From positions 1 to 50,967 of the forward strand of contig DASYAR010000143.1 in NCBI GenBank assembly GCA_036501235.1: a stretch of DNA of 50,967 nt. The letters are read 5' to 3'. Every line of letters starts with the position of its first letter. Within the stretch, counting starts at the first letter, position 1. Made by a program: the position numbers and the translations under genes. Under the pieces are notes generated by a model that was not told the DNA's origin, did not search any database, and saw only the letters and a program-made list of their open reading frames with translations. Origin of the DNA: Planctomycetaceae bacterium. GTDB lineage: Bacteria; Planctomycetota; Planctomycetia; Planctomycetales; Planctomycetaceae. This document shows positions 31,538 to 40,632 of this stretch, piece by piece.

Positions 31538-31669
31538 GAACGCGTCGGTCAGGAAATCGTGCGGATACCCATGCCGCGCGATTTTGGATACGACGCAGAG
31601 CGTCGCGACGTGCGTTCCCACGCGGACCGTGGGAACGAGATGCGGCGGTGGGCGGGGCTCGACAAAAAA

Positions 31670-33154
31670 TCAGCTCGAAGCCAGTTCGCGAGACTGGCTC
31701 ACCTCGGACAGCTGAAGAAACACCCGGGCGATTTTCTGTGGCACCGTTTGATCGCCCGTGAACTGCAAGTTTCCTTGGGCGAGCGCCTGGTCGGCGGTCG
31801 TCTGGCCCGCGGCCAGAGACGCATAGGTGTCGACGTCGCATTCCAGCAGGCCGGAGCAGCGGGAGTTGATTCCCATATCGGCGGCGACCACTTCGCCATC
31901 GCTCACGAGAATCGTCCAGTCTCCGCCGCCATGACCCGTCACGCGCAGCCCGATGAAATTGCCTCCTTCCGGAGTTGATTCCGTCGATGCCGCCTCCACG
32001 AGGGGCTCGAGCGCCGCGGCCACGTCGAACGGGGGTTCGACGGCCTTCGCGCGCGGCGACGTGAATTTGACGCGGATTGCATAGTCAGCCATCCGCAGCA
32101 GCAACTTGCGGTCGATGTGCGGACAGGGAAGATGCGGCGCCGCCCGCCTCGTATTCGTCGAATCAAACGTCGGATCGTCTTTCCAGTATGAGTTGTAGAC
32201 GCTGATCAGCTCGCAGAAGAGCTGCTCATACTCCGTGAGCCCCGACATCGGCATCCCTGCGCCCTGCAGCTTGACCCCGTAGAAACCGACCGACTCCTCG
32301 AAAATATCGGCCAGCAACCGGGAGGGGACAGGATGCATCGGCGTCAGGTGATAAGTCTGGCCGTGATGTTCGGGGTGCGTCATGACGTGCGTCATCACCG
32401 CCGACACCCAGTCGACGGGGACCAGATTCTTAGTTTCACGGCCGGAGACCCCAAAGTGGCCGTCGACGCCGGAGTGGCCGGTGGCGTCGGGGCTGAACTG
32501 CTGGCCCAAGGTATGGACGGCCTGCAACAGGGCGTAAAAGCCATGGTAAGTCGTGGTATAACCGGTCGTCGAATCACCGATGATAATCGCCGGTCGATGC
32601 ACGGTGACCGAGTCGAGGCAATCGGCCGAACGGACCATTTTTTCAGCCTGCAGCTTACTCTGCTCGTAATCGTTCGACGTTTTCTGACCGACGTCGACGT
32701 CGGTTTCGAAAATCCGTCCAGAGCGCAGTCCGCCCACGTAGGCGGTCGACACGTGATGAAACTTGCGGATGCGGGCATTGCGGCACAATTCGAGGACGTG
32801 CCTGGTTCCGGCCAGATTCGAGCGCCACGGTTCGCTGTTGGGACCGGTGCTCAGAAACGTGAGGCTCGCGGCGTTGTGCAGCATGGTGTCGCAATTCTCG
32901 GCGACCCAACGTGTGCTGCGCGCATCCAGCCCGAGATCGGGCTCGGTAATGTCACCTTCGAGGACGACAGGGCGCGGGAGCGAGCGCCCCAGCATCTTGT
33001 CCCAATAGCACATGACATTTTCGACCCGATGCTGCGCCGTGGCGCGCCGCGACGGGCGCACCAGCACGGCAATCGGGATACCAGCCTCCGTGAGATCCTT
33101 GATCAGGTACCGTCCTAAAAGCCCTGTGGCACCCGTCAAAAATACGTAATTCAT
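31670..33154 (-). CDS. Thioester/acyl-CoA reductase-type SDR (NAD_binding_4-like) with C-terminal SCP2 sterol-carrier-like domain
   Basis: N-terminal FLTGATGLLGRYL (TGxxGxxG) and the catalytic Y-x3-K in YEQSKLQAEK. The C-terminal ~110 aa (GGDWTILV...ALAQGNLQFTGD) resemble SCP2. Confidence 0.7.
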   Translation of the reverse strand: MNYVFLTGATGLLGRYLIKDLTEAGIPIAVLVRPSRRATAQHRVENVMCYWDKMLGRSLPRPVVLEGDITEPDLGLDARSTRWVAENCDTMLHNAASLTFLSTGPNSEPWRSNLAGTRHVLELCRNARIRKFHHVSTAYVGGLRSGRIFETDVDVGQKTSNDYEQSKLQAEKMVRSADCLDSVTVHRPAIIIGDSTTGYTTTYHGFYALLQAVHTLGQQFSPDATGHSGVDGHFGVSGRETKNLVPVDWVSAVMTHVMTHPEHHGQTYHLTPMHPVPSRLLADIFEESVGFYGVKLQGAGMPMSGLTEYEQLFCELISVYNSYWKDDPTFDSTNTRRAAPHLPCPHIDRKLLLRMADYAIRVKFTSPRAKAVEPPFDVAAALEPLVEAASTESTPEGGNFIGLRVTGHGGGDWTILVSDGEVVAADMGINSRCSGLLECDVDTYASLAAGQTTADQALAQGNLQFTGDQTVPQKIARVFLQLSEVSQSRELASS

Positions 33155-33274
33155 GAATTCATCCCTCGAGCCATCTTGGCTGAATCAAAACGCATCAAGC
33201 CGCAAGTATAGCCGCACCGCAGGCCAGTCTCAACTTAACGCCAGCCCCAATGGGAACTTGCAGAGCAAACGGGG

Positions 33275-35464
33275 TCACGCGACGCGTTCCGCAAGTTGCG
33301 AAACCGGCGTGCGCAACTTCTTCGCCCGGCCGACGAAAACCGGCGTCGCGACTTGGGTTGCGTCCGCTTTCCGACCGCGCCGCAGCGCCAGCAGGGCCGG
33401 CAGCAGCAACAGGTCCCCTGCCAGGGTTGCCATCAATAGCGACGCCATCATCACGCCGAACCGCACGGTGGGGGCGAAGCTGCTGAGCGTCATTGCCAGC
33501 ATCCCGATGCTCGACACGACGATCGATTCGAAAATCGGCCCGCCGGTCGTGTGCAGGGCGATTCGAACGGCATGACCGCTCGACTTCCCCTGGTCCCACT
33601 GTTCCTGATACCGGACGAGGAAATGAAACGTGCCGTCGATCGAAATCCCCAGCGCGATGCTGCCGGTCATCATCATGCCGATGTCGACCGGGAAATTGAT
33701 CCAGCCGAGAATGCCGAACACGATTCCCAGCGGAACGAGGTTCGGCACCATGGCCAGCATCATCGTCCGCACCGACTTGAGGGCGATCGCCATCACGATG
33801 CCGATGACCACGAATGCCGATGCAAAGCTCTTCCAGAACCCATCGAAGATTTCCTGCTGGGCCTGTTCGAGCAAAGGGGCGATCCCTGTGAAGTGAATCG
33901 GCTCGCCCGCCGTGAGTTGTTCGAAGTCGGTGTAGATTTGATGGAGCGACACGCCCGGCTCGCGCTGGATGCGTGCCGAAATCCGCCAGAGCTGCTGACC
34001 ATCCACGATCAGCTCGTTGTTTCCCTCCTGCGACTGCGCTTTCGAAAGCAGGTTGACCAGTGTCAGCGGGTTCTCGGGGAGCGGATCGGGAAAGAAAGAC
34101 GCGGCCGACAGCGTATGTCTCACGGCGGGGTGTCCGGCCAATCGATGTTCGAGATCGCGGACTTTCTGCAGCCGCGTGACGAAGGGGACGTCGGCGTCGC
34201 CGAAATCGACGACCGCTTCGATCGAATCGAGAGCGGTAAGATCGGATTGAATCCGCAGCACGTCGGCCATCACCTTGCCCTTCTGCGGCAGGAAATCGAG
34301 CGGATCGATCTTCGTGTCGAGACGCCACAACCCGAACATGCCGACCACGGCCAATACGACGGACGCGGCCACGACACTGCGGCTGTACCGCATCAACCAG
34401 TTGCCGAGCCGGGCGAACCCAAGCCCCGATTGCTCGGCTTCGTCGGGCATGCAACTCGCAGGCAAGACCATGAGAATCGCCGGCGTCACGAACAAGCCGG
34501 CAAAAATCGCCACGACGGCGCCCAAGGTCGAAGCGTATCCGAAGTGTGTCACCGGCACGATGTCGGTGACGCTCACCGAGAACAGGCCGATCGTCGTGGT
34601 CAGCATCGAAACCAGGCACGGCTTCCAGCACAATTTGAGGGCCGCCCCCAGAGGGTCGGTTTCACCGAGCGACGCTTTATAATAGTGTATGACGTGGATC
34701 GACGCTTCGAGAGTAAAGACCATCACCATGACGGCCAGTGCGCCGAGGATGAAGTTCATTTCGCCGCCGGCCAGTTTGAAGATCGTCAGCGTCAGGTTGA
34801 TCGCCCACAGCGTGAGGGCCAGCACCGAGAGCGAGAGTTTCCAGTCTTTGATCCAGTAGTAGAGCAGTCCCAGGCAGATGACGAGGGTGACCACGAAGAA
34901 CTTCTGGTTCTCCTCCGTTCCGCCGAGGCGGTCGAGCTCGGCGACGATCACCGGGCTGCCCGACAGAAACGACCGGTCGCCGGCCAGGTGGCAGTATTGC
35001 AATTCGCGGTTGATATCGGCGACGGTTCCCGCTCGGTCCTTGAGCCCCACGCCCGACAGCAGCACGATGAGCCCGGCCAGTTTCTCGTCATGCGACAGGG
35101 CCAGGCCCTTCACTCGATCCTGCGCGGCGGCCGGGGAAACTCCTGTTTCCGACATGACCGATCGCAGCCGTTCCGGAGACATGCACCGGCGCACGCCGGG
35201 CAACCTTTCGATGCGCCCGCAGACGGCCTCGATCAACTCGTCGTCGGCGAGACGTCGCTCGATTCCGATCACGATCGTCTCTTCGACCCCGAAATCGCGC
35301 TTGAATTGTTCGTAGGTCGAACGGACGGCCGATTCGCGGGGTAGCCAGGTTTCGATGTCGTTGTTGCAGGGAATCGACTGTGCTTCGTACGTCAGGTAGG
35401 GAAAGCTGAGGACAGCCACCCAGAGAATCAGACTGCTGAACCGCTTGTAGAATCGTGAGAGCAT
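33275..35464 (-). CDS. MMPL/RND-superfamily transporter
   Basis: 729-aa ORF with two blocks of ~6 hydrophobic helices, each preceded by a soluble loop. The overall pattern matches MMPL/HpnN-like lipid exporters. Confidence 0.75.
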   Translation of the reverse strand: MLSRFYKRFSSLILWVAVLSFPYLTYEAQSIPCNNDIETWLPRESAVRSTYEQFKRDFGVEETIVIGIERRLADDELIEAVCGRIERLPGVRRCMSPERLRSVMSETGVSPAAAQDRVKGLALSHDEKLAGLIVLLSGVGLKDRAGTVADINRELQYCHLAGDRSFLSGSPVIVAELDRLGGTEENQKFFVVTLVICLGLLYYWIKDWKLSLSVLALTLWAINLTLTIFKLAGGEMNFILGALAVMVMVFTLEASIHVIHYYKASLGETDPLGAALKLCWKPCLVSMLTTTIGLFSVSVTDIVPVTHFGYASTLGAVVAIFAGLFVTPAILMVLPASCMPDEAEQSGLGFARLGNWLMRYSRSVVAASVVLAVVGMFGLWRLDTKIDPLDFLPQKGKVMADVLRIQSDLTALDSIEAVVDFGDADVPFVTRLQKVRDLEHRLAGHPAVRHTLSAASFFPDPLPENPLTLVNLLSKAQSQEGNNELIVDGQQLWRISARIQREPGVSLHQIYTDFEQLTAGEPIHFTGIAPLLEQAQQEIFDGFWKSFASAFVVIGIVMAIALKSVRTMMLAMVPNLVPLGIVFGILGWINFPVDIGMMMTGSIALGISIDGTFHFLVRYQEQWDQGKSSGHAVRIALHTTGGPIFESIVVSSIGMLAMTLSSFAPTVRFGVMMASLLMATLAGDLLLLPALLALRRGRKADATQVATPVFVGRAKKLRTPVSQLAERVA

Positions 35465-36111
35465 ATCAGGATCAGCGATTGTTCGGGGCGAGCGCGGAAC
35501 GGGCGCAGATGTTCGTCAGGGCCACTCGCCCGACGGAAATCGAAACGCCTGCACGTATCCAATAAAGGTATCGTTCGGCGGTGAAAGCCGACGTAAGCCC
35601 AAATCACGCCCCAAGGTGCACCGCGGTCCGGGTGCTCTCGAAATCAGGCTTCATCGAATCATCTTCGTTTGGCGCCATACCGAACGCAGCCTGTGCAGGC
35701 TCCGCCGGCGGCATGGTCGGCATAGACGGCACGGGTTGCGCGAACGGCAGAGTGGCCGGGGCGGCCAAGACGTTGAGGAGAGAGGAGAGAAGTGAGAGCC
35801 CCGGCAACGGGGGCATAGCAATTGGATACTGCATGCGAGCTCGGGCCGATGTTGCAAGCGCTTTTCGCTACGCCGAATCAATTCGCCACGGTATGTCGCC
35901 CTTGCTGGAATCTGGGAACGAGAGAAAAACATTAAAGTTTCGAGTCCGGATTTCCTTGACTCGTTCCGGGGGTGACCTAGGTTTCCAGAGAGAGAGGCAT
36001 TTTGCCGTGTGGGCCTGCGATCCAGAACAGCGCGACAGGCGGCGGCTTCCCATCGGGTCTAACCTCGTTGTGAGGTCTTATTACTTGGCTTTCGTTTGAG
36101 AGGAACATGCC

Positions 36112-36294
36112 ATGAAGTCACTTGCTCTGAGCGTCAAGAAGTTCCTGGTTTCTGAAGACGGCCCCACAGCGGTGGAATACGCCGTCATGCTGGCCCTGAT
36201 CATCGTCGTGTGCCTCACCGCGATTCAGGCCGTCGGCACGAACGCCAAGACGACCTTTACCAGCGTCAGCGCTCAGTTGGGCGGCGGTTCGTAG
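36112..36294 (+). CDS. flp: Flp family type IVb pilin
   Basis: 60-aa ORF with the Flp motif: leader ...SEDG then PTAVEYAVMLALIIVV (G/xxxxEY processing site). GAGAGGA lies upstream of the ATG. Confidence 0.9.
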   Translation: MKSLALSVKKFLVSEDGPTAVEYAVMLALIIVVCLTAIQAVGTNAKTTFTSVSAQLGGGS

Positions 36295-36442
36295 TCGTTT
36301 TGGTTGACGGTGTGATCACGTTGAATTGTAGACGCACGCCGGATGGGCACATCCCCGGGAAAAGGGATTCAACCCGCACTCGGGGTCAGTCGACGCGCGC
36401 CTGAACCTGTATAGAGGATTTCTCTTATAAGGGGTAGGCAAG

Positions 36443-36622
36443 ATGATTTTCTCGATTCGTTCCATCAAGGAGTTCCTGGTTTCTGAAGACGGCCCGACGG
36501 CGGTTGAATACGCCGTGATGCTGGCCCTGATCATCGTGGTGTGTCTCGCCGCCATTCAGGCTGTGGGCACGAACGCCTCGTCGACGTTCACGAACGTATC
36601 AGGCCAACTGGGCGGGTCGTAA
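36443..36622 (+). CDS. flp: Second Flp family pilin (59 aa, absent from the supplied ORF track)
   Basis: Translated by hand as MIFSIRSIKEFLVSEDGPTAVEYAVMLALIIVVCLAAIQAVGTNASSTFTNVSGQLGGS, with stop TAA at 36620..36622. Near-identical core to flp at 36112. It falls under the 60-aa track cutoff. Confidence 0.85.
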   Translation: MIFSIRSIKEFLVSEDGPTAVEYAVMLALIIVVCLAAIQAVGTNASSTFTNVSGQLGGS

Positions 36623-36690
36623 TCGGCAGTCTGCGAGTTTGCCGGCAGTCGGATCGGCCCCCGACAACCGGTCGACCCGCCACCTCCGCC

Positions 36691-36708
36691 CGCGGGGTCC
36701 CCCCCGCG
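36691..36708 (+). terminator. GC-rich hairpin downstream of the flp genes (possible attenuator or terminator)
   Basis: CGCGGGG-tccc-CCCCGCG (7-bp stem), followed within ~10 nt by a T-rich stretch (gtttgacttgtttc). It lies between the pilin genes and cpaA, where transcript attenuation is common in Tad loci. Confidence 0.35.
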
Positions 36709-36918
36709 AGCGAGGTTTGACTTGTTTCACCTGACTTTTACAGGGTGTTTTTACAGGGTTCGATGCCATGTCGCCGTTCTGGATGGAATCTATCTGGTCA
36801 TCGCTGCCCCAGCTACTGGTGCTGCTGGCGGCCTCGGTTTCACTGTTCATGCACTTGACCGGCGCGCACCACTAATGCCGCGCGGTATTACGATAAATCA
36901 TAGAAAGGCTGAATCAAC

Positions 36919-37470
36919 ATGGAGTGGCAGGCTTATGTTCTCGGTCACTGGCCAGTCATCCTCGTGAGCGCCACGCTGATCGTCGCCGCCTATATCGACG
37001 GCAAGCAGTTACGGGTCCCGAATTGGATCACGTTTCCAATGGTGCTCTCGGGCCTGGCCTATAACAGCTGGACGGGGGGTTGGGACAGTTTCGCAGCCGC
37101 ACTGATCGGAATGTTCGTTGGTTTGGCTTGCCTGCTGCCTTTGTACAGTGTGGGGGGAATGGGCGCCGGCGACGTCAAGTTGATGGCTGGCGTCGGGGCC
37201 TGGCTGGGGGCTTCGATCACGTTCTCTGCCTTCTGCGTGTCCACTGTCGTCGGGGCCGCAATGGCCATCTGGATGGTTTGGCGGCGTGACAGTTTCATCC
37301 ACCACTATGCCAATTTCCTGACAATCGTCTCGGAATGGGTACAGATCAGGGATCCTCGCCAGCTTTCCCAGATTGCCGCCGAACGCAAGCCGCGAATGCT
37401 GCTGCTCCCGTATGGGATTCCGATCTGCATTGGTTCGATCGCCTACTTCTTCTACGCCGGAATCGTATAG
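36919..37470 (+). CDS. cpaA: Prepilin peptidase CpaA/TadV (A24 family)
   Basis: 183-aa polytopic protein with the two aspartate motifs in IDGKQLRVPN and GGMGAGDVKLMAGVGAWLG. Confidence 0.85.
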   Translation: MEWQAYVLGHWPVILVSATLIVAAYIDGKQLRVPNWITFPMVLSGLAYNSWTGGWDSFAAALIGMFVGLACLLPLYSVGGMGAGDVKLMAGVGAWLGASITFSAFCVSTVVGAAMAIWMVWRRDSFIHHYANFLTIVSEWVQIRDPRQLSQIAAERKPRMLLLPYGIPICIGSIAYFFYAGIV

Positions 37471-37562
37471 GCAATACGACCAATTCAATCGTCACAGTCC
37501 TCATAGGCTGAAGAGTTTAACTATTCGTTGCCGATGAACTCATTGATCGGGTGGGTAGCGTG

Positions 37563-38603
37563 ATGAAAACGAAGTCGATGGTGCTGCTGGCAATGGCCCT
37601 GGGTTGTGGCCTGGTGGCCATGCTGGGCGTTCAGCAGATTCTTTCCGGCGAAAAACAAGTCAAGGATACCGTTCCGGTGCTCGTGGCGAAGCAGGAAATC
37701 GGGGCTGGCATTAAGCTCGACGCCTCGCAGGTGGCTTTCGAACAATGGCCGCGGGAAAACGTCCCGGTCGGCGCCGTGACCGAAGCTGCGCAGTATGAAG
37801 AACGCGCCTTGAAGGTGCGGTCGTATCCGGGCGACGTCGTGCTGCTGGCCAAACTCGGTGAAAAAGGAGAATATGGCGCGTCGACCACAATCCCCAAGGG
37901 AATGCGGGTGGCGACGATCCCTGTGAACATGACGACGGTGCACAGCGGGATGATTCGTCCGGGTGACCGGATCGATGTGCTCTGCACGTACACCCAAAAG
38001 GGGAAGAAAGGGAGCCACGACAATTCGCGCACCAAGACGGTGCTCGAATACATCGAGGTCTTCGCCATCGATCGCAATCGAGAAGGGGAAGGGGGCGATG
38101 CGGCCAAAGGCGCCAAGGCCGAGAACTTGTCGGTGCTCGTCACCCCCGAACAGTCGCAGGTGCTGATGCTGGCCGCCAACCTGGGCAAGTTGCAAATGGC
38201 CTTGCGCAACTCCGAAGACAAGGGAGACGCCCAGGTCGCCGCGGTCGACGACAAGATTTTCGACGATTTGGCCGCCACCAAAGGGCTGGAGAGCGAAGAG
38301 GCCGAGCCGCAAAAGGCGCCGGAGGTCAAGCCGGTCGTCGTGCAGGAACCGGTCAAGCCAATCACGCCGGCGGTCGATCCGAACGAGGAATCGTGGACCA
38401 TCACGATCTTCGAAGGAGACAAGAAGCGAGAGGAAGTCATCAAGATCAAGCGGCCGGTTTCCAAGCCCCAGGCGGAAGAGACACAGCCGCCAGAAACGCA
38501 GGCGACGGAAACGCCGGTGATAGAAACGCAGCCGACGGAAACTCAATTTGCTGAACCCGCCGAACAACCGGCGGACCTAGATCCAGCGGTCGAGGCGGGA
38601 TAA
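37563..38603 (+). CDS. cpaB: Flp pilus assembly protein CpaB/RcpC
   Basis: N-terminal anchor MKTKSMVLLAMALGCGLVAML, then SAF-like and RcpC-like regions. It occupies the canonical position after cpaA. The C-terminal ~110 aa are Glu/Pro/Thr-rich with ETQ repeats. The track start is GTG 37551. Confidence 0.8.
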   Translation: MKTKSMVLLAMALGCGLVAMLGVQQILSGEKQVKDTVPVLVAKQEIGAGIKLDASQVAFEQWPRENVPVGAVTEAAQYEERALKVRSYPGDVVLLAKLGEKGEYGASTTIPKGMRVATIPVNMTTVHSGMIRPGDRIDVLCTYTQKGKKGSHDNSRTKTVLEYIEVFAIDRNREGEGGDAAKGAKAENLSVLVTPEQSQVLMLAANLGKLQMALRNSEDKGDAQVAAVDDKIFDDLAATKGLESEEAEPQKAPEVKPVVVQEPVKPITPAVDPNEESWTITIFEGDKKREEVIKIKRPVSKPQAEETQPPETQATETPVIETQPTETQFAEPAEQPADLDPAVEAG

Positions 38604-38650
38604 CAATTACTCGGCCGGAGGGCCCCGGCGTTCAAGGACGAGGTGCAGGG

Positions 38651-40561
38651 ATGCAGACGAAATTGATGCGACGCGCGGGCACGATCGGATTCGTGCTCGC
38701 TTTCCTGGCTTGTTGCGCCCCGCCGCGGGCGCAGGCGCAACCCGACCCGCGCAACGTCCTGATCTATCGGCCGATGGCCAGGTCCAGCCAGTTGTCGATC
38801 TCGGAAAAGGAAGTTCGGTTGCTCGAGCTGCCGGCGAAGATTCACAGCGTCGATAGTTTCGATCCGGCGATTGTGCGGATCACGACCGTCGAAAATTTCC
38901 ATCAGGTGCGGCTCGTGGCCCTCGCGCCCGGTTTTACGTCGATTACCCTGGTTGACGAACACGGCCAGAGCTATTCCGTGGACGTCCTGGTGAAAGACGA
39001 CGTGCGGCAATTTCAGGCCCTCGTTCGTGAAGCAGCCCCCGGCTCGTCAGTCCAGGCAATCAAAGTCAAAGACGCCGTCCTGCTGCTGGGATGGGTCGAC
39101 GAAGCCGGCCAGGCCACCAAGATCGTCGAGCTGGCCGAAATGCATTTCGCCAAAGTCCTCAATTACCTGCAAGTCAGCGGCGTGCAGACCGTTATGCTGC
39201 GCGTGCGGATGATGGAAGCGCAGCGCGAAAAGATCCGTGCCCTGGGCTTCAACTTCCTGCAATTACGGCAACACAACTACGTCGGATCATTGCCGGGGCA
39301 GCTCGTCCCATTCTCGAATCAGACCCCCGCGACGAACCTGGCCAATCCGTTCGGCGGGTTCGTGGGACCGGTGTCGTCGGCCGTCGTACCAACCGGCGCG
39401 ACCGCCGTGTTCGGCACCGTCTCGAACGACAACGCGTTTCAAGGATTCATCGAAGCCCTGAAAACCGAGAACCTGTTGACGATTCTGGCCGAGCCCAATC
39501 TGACGACCACGAACGGCCGTCCCGCCAACTTCCTCGACGGCGGCCAGTTTCCCATTCCCATCCCGCAAGGGCTGGGGACGGTGAGCGTTCAATACAAATC
39601 GTTTGGCGTGCAACTGGAATTCGTGCCGACGATCCTGTCGAGCGGCCGGTTGCGGATGCAGGTATGCCCCGAAGTGAGCGAAAAGGACCTGTCGAATACG
39701 GTCACCGTGCAGGGGATTACCGTCCCCAGCCTGACGACCCGCCGCGTGAACACCGAAGTCGAAATGAATTTCGGCGAAACGCTGATTATCGGCGGGCTGA
39801 TTTCGAACCGCGTCCAGTCGACGACCACGAAGATCCCCTTTCTGGGAGAACTGCCGTGGATCGGGGCCGCGTTCCGCCGGGTTGCTCACGACGAATCCGA
39901 GACCGAACTGATCGTGCTGGTGACGCCGGAGCTCGCGTCGCCTACCGACGAATCGCAATTGCCCGACGGGCCGGGACGCAGTACGGTCTCGCCGACCGAT
40001 CGGGAACTGTTTTGGAACGGCTATGTCGAAGTGCCGCGTTATGGACGTGATCCGGAGCCGCCGCCGACGAACTTCGATGCCGGGGCGGACGCCTGCCCGG
40101 TCCCCGGAGCCCCGGCAGATCCGAACGGCCCTCCGCCGATGCCTGGTTCGCCGAATGGGATGTACGATAACGGCGCAGCCCGTAAGCCGGTGCCCAAGGG
40201 TGATGCAGCGCCGGCCATCGGCAACCGGCCGGTGAAGACCGCCCCGGCACCTTCCAAGAACAGTCCCGCGGATGAGACGGCGCCCGAAGTGAAAGACCAG
40301 CAAAGTCGAAAGAGCTCCAAGCCGCCGCAGACGGCGTATCGAGGCAAGTCGAAGTCGACGATCGCACCGGTAGCCGACAATAAGATCGCTCCCGCGGGAT
40401 ACTCGGCTGGCAAAGCCCAGGCCAAGCGTCCCGTCAAACCGGCGCCGGTCGTCGATTCCGCCGGTCCCATTGCTCCCGTTTCAGGCATCCGGCCGGCCAA
40501 TGATCGTCAAGCCGTGAACGCCGGATACGATGACCGGCCCGGATTGATCACTCCGCAGTAA
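38651..40561 (+). CDS. cpaC: Secretin CpaC/RcpA with ~170-aa Pro/Lys-rich C-terminal tail
   Basis: Signal peptide, pilus N-terminal domain (LSISEKEVRLLELP...ITLVDEHG), BON-like region, and secretin core (LLTILAEPNLTTTNGRPANFLDGGQFPIP ... IPFLGELPWIGAAFR). Confidence 0.85.
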   Translation: MQTKLMRRAGTIGFVLAFLACCAPPRAQAQPDPRNVLIYRPMARSSQLSISEKEVRLLELPAKIHSVDSFDPAIVRITTVENFHQVRLVALAPGFTSITLVDEHGQSYSVDVLVKDDVRQFQALVREAAPGSSVQAIKVKDAVLLLGWVDEAGQATKIVELAEMHFAKVLNYLQVSGVQTVMLRVRMMEAQREKIRALGFNFLQLRQHNYVGSLPGQLVPFSNQTPATNLANPFGGFVGPVSSAVVPTGATAVFGTVSNDNAFQGFIEALKTENLLTILAEPNLTTTNGRPANFLDGGQFPIPIPQGLGTVSVQYKSFGVQLEFVPTILSSGRLRMQVCPEVSEKDLSNTVTVQGITVPSLTTRRVNTEVEMNFGETLIIGGLISNRVQSTTTKIPFLGELPWIGAAFRRVAHDESETELIVLVTPELASPTDESQLPDGPGRSTVSPTDRELFWNGYVEVPRYGRDPEPPPTNFDAGADACPVPGAPADPNGPPPMPGSPNGMYDNGAARKPVPKGDAAPAIGNRPVKTAPAPSKNSPADETAPEVKDQQSRKSSKPPQTAYRGKSKSTIAPVADNKIAPAGYSAGKAQAKRPVKPAPVVDSAGPIAPVSGIRPANDRQAVNAGYDDRPGLITPQ

Positions 40562-40632
40562 CGGCACGGGACGAAAGACAAGAGACCGTTCAACTTGCAT
40601 CGATTGGCATGTCGCTGAACCAAAGGTAAATC

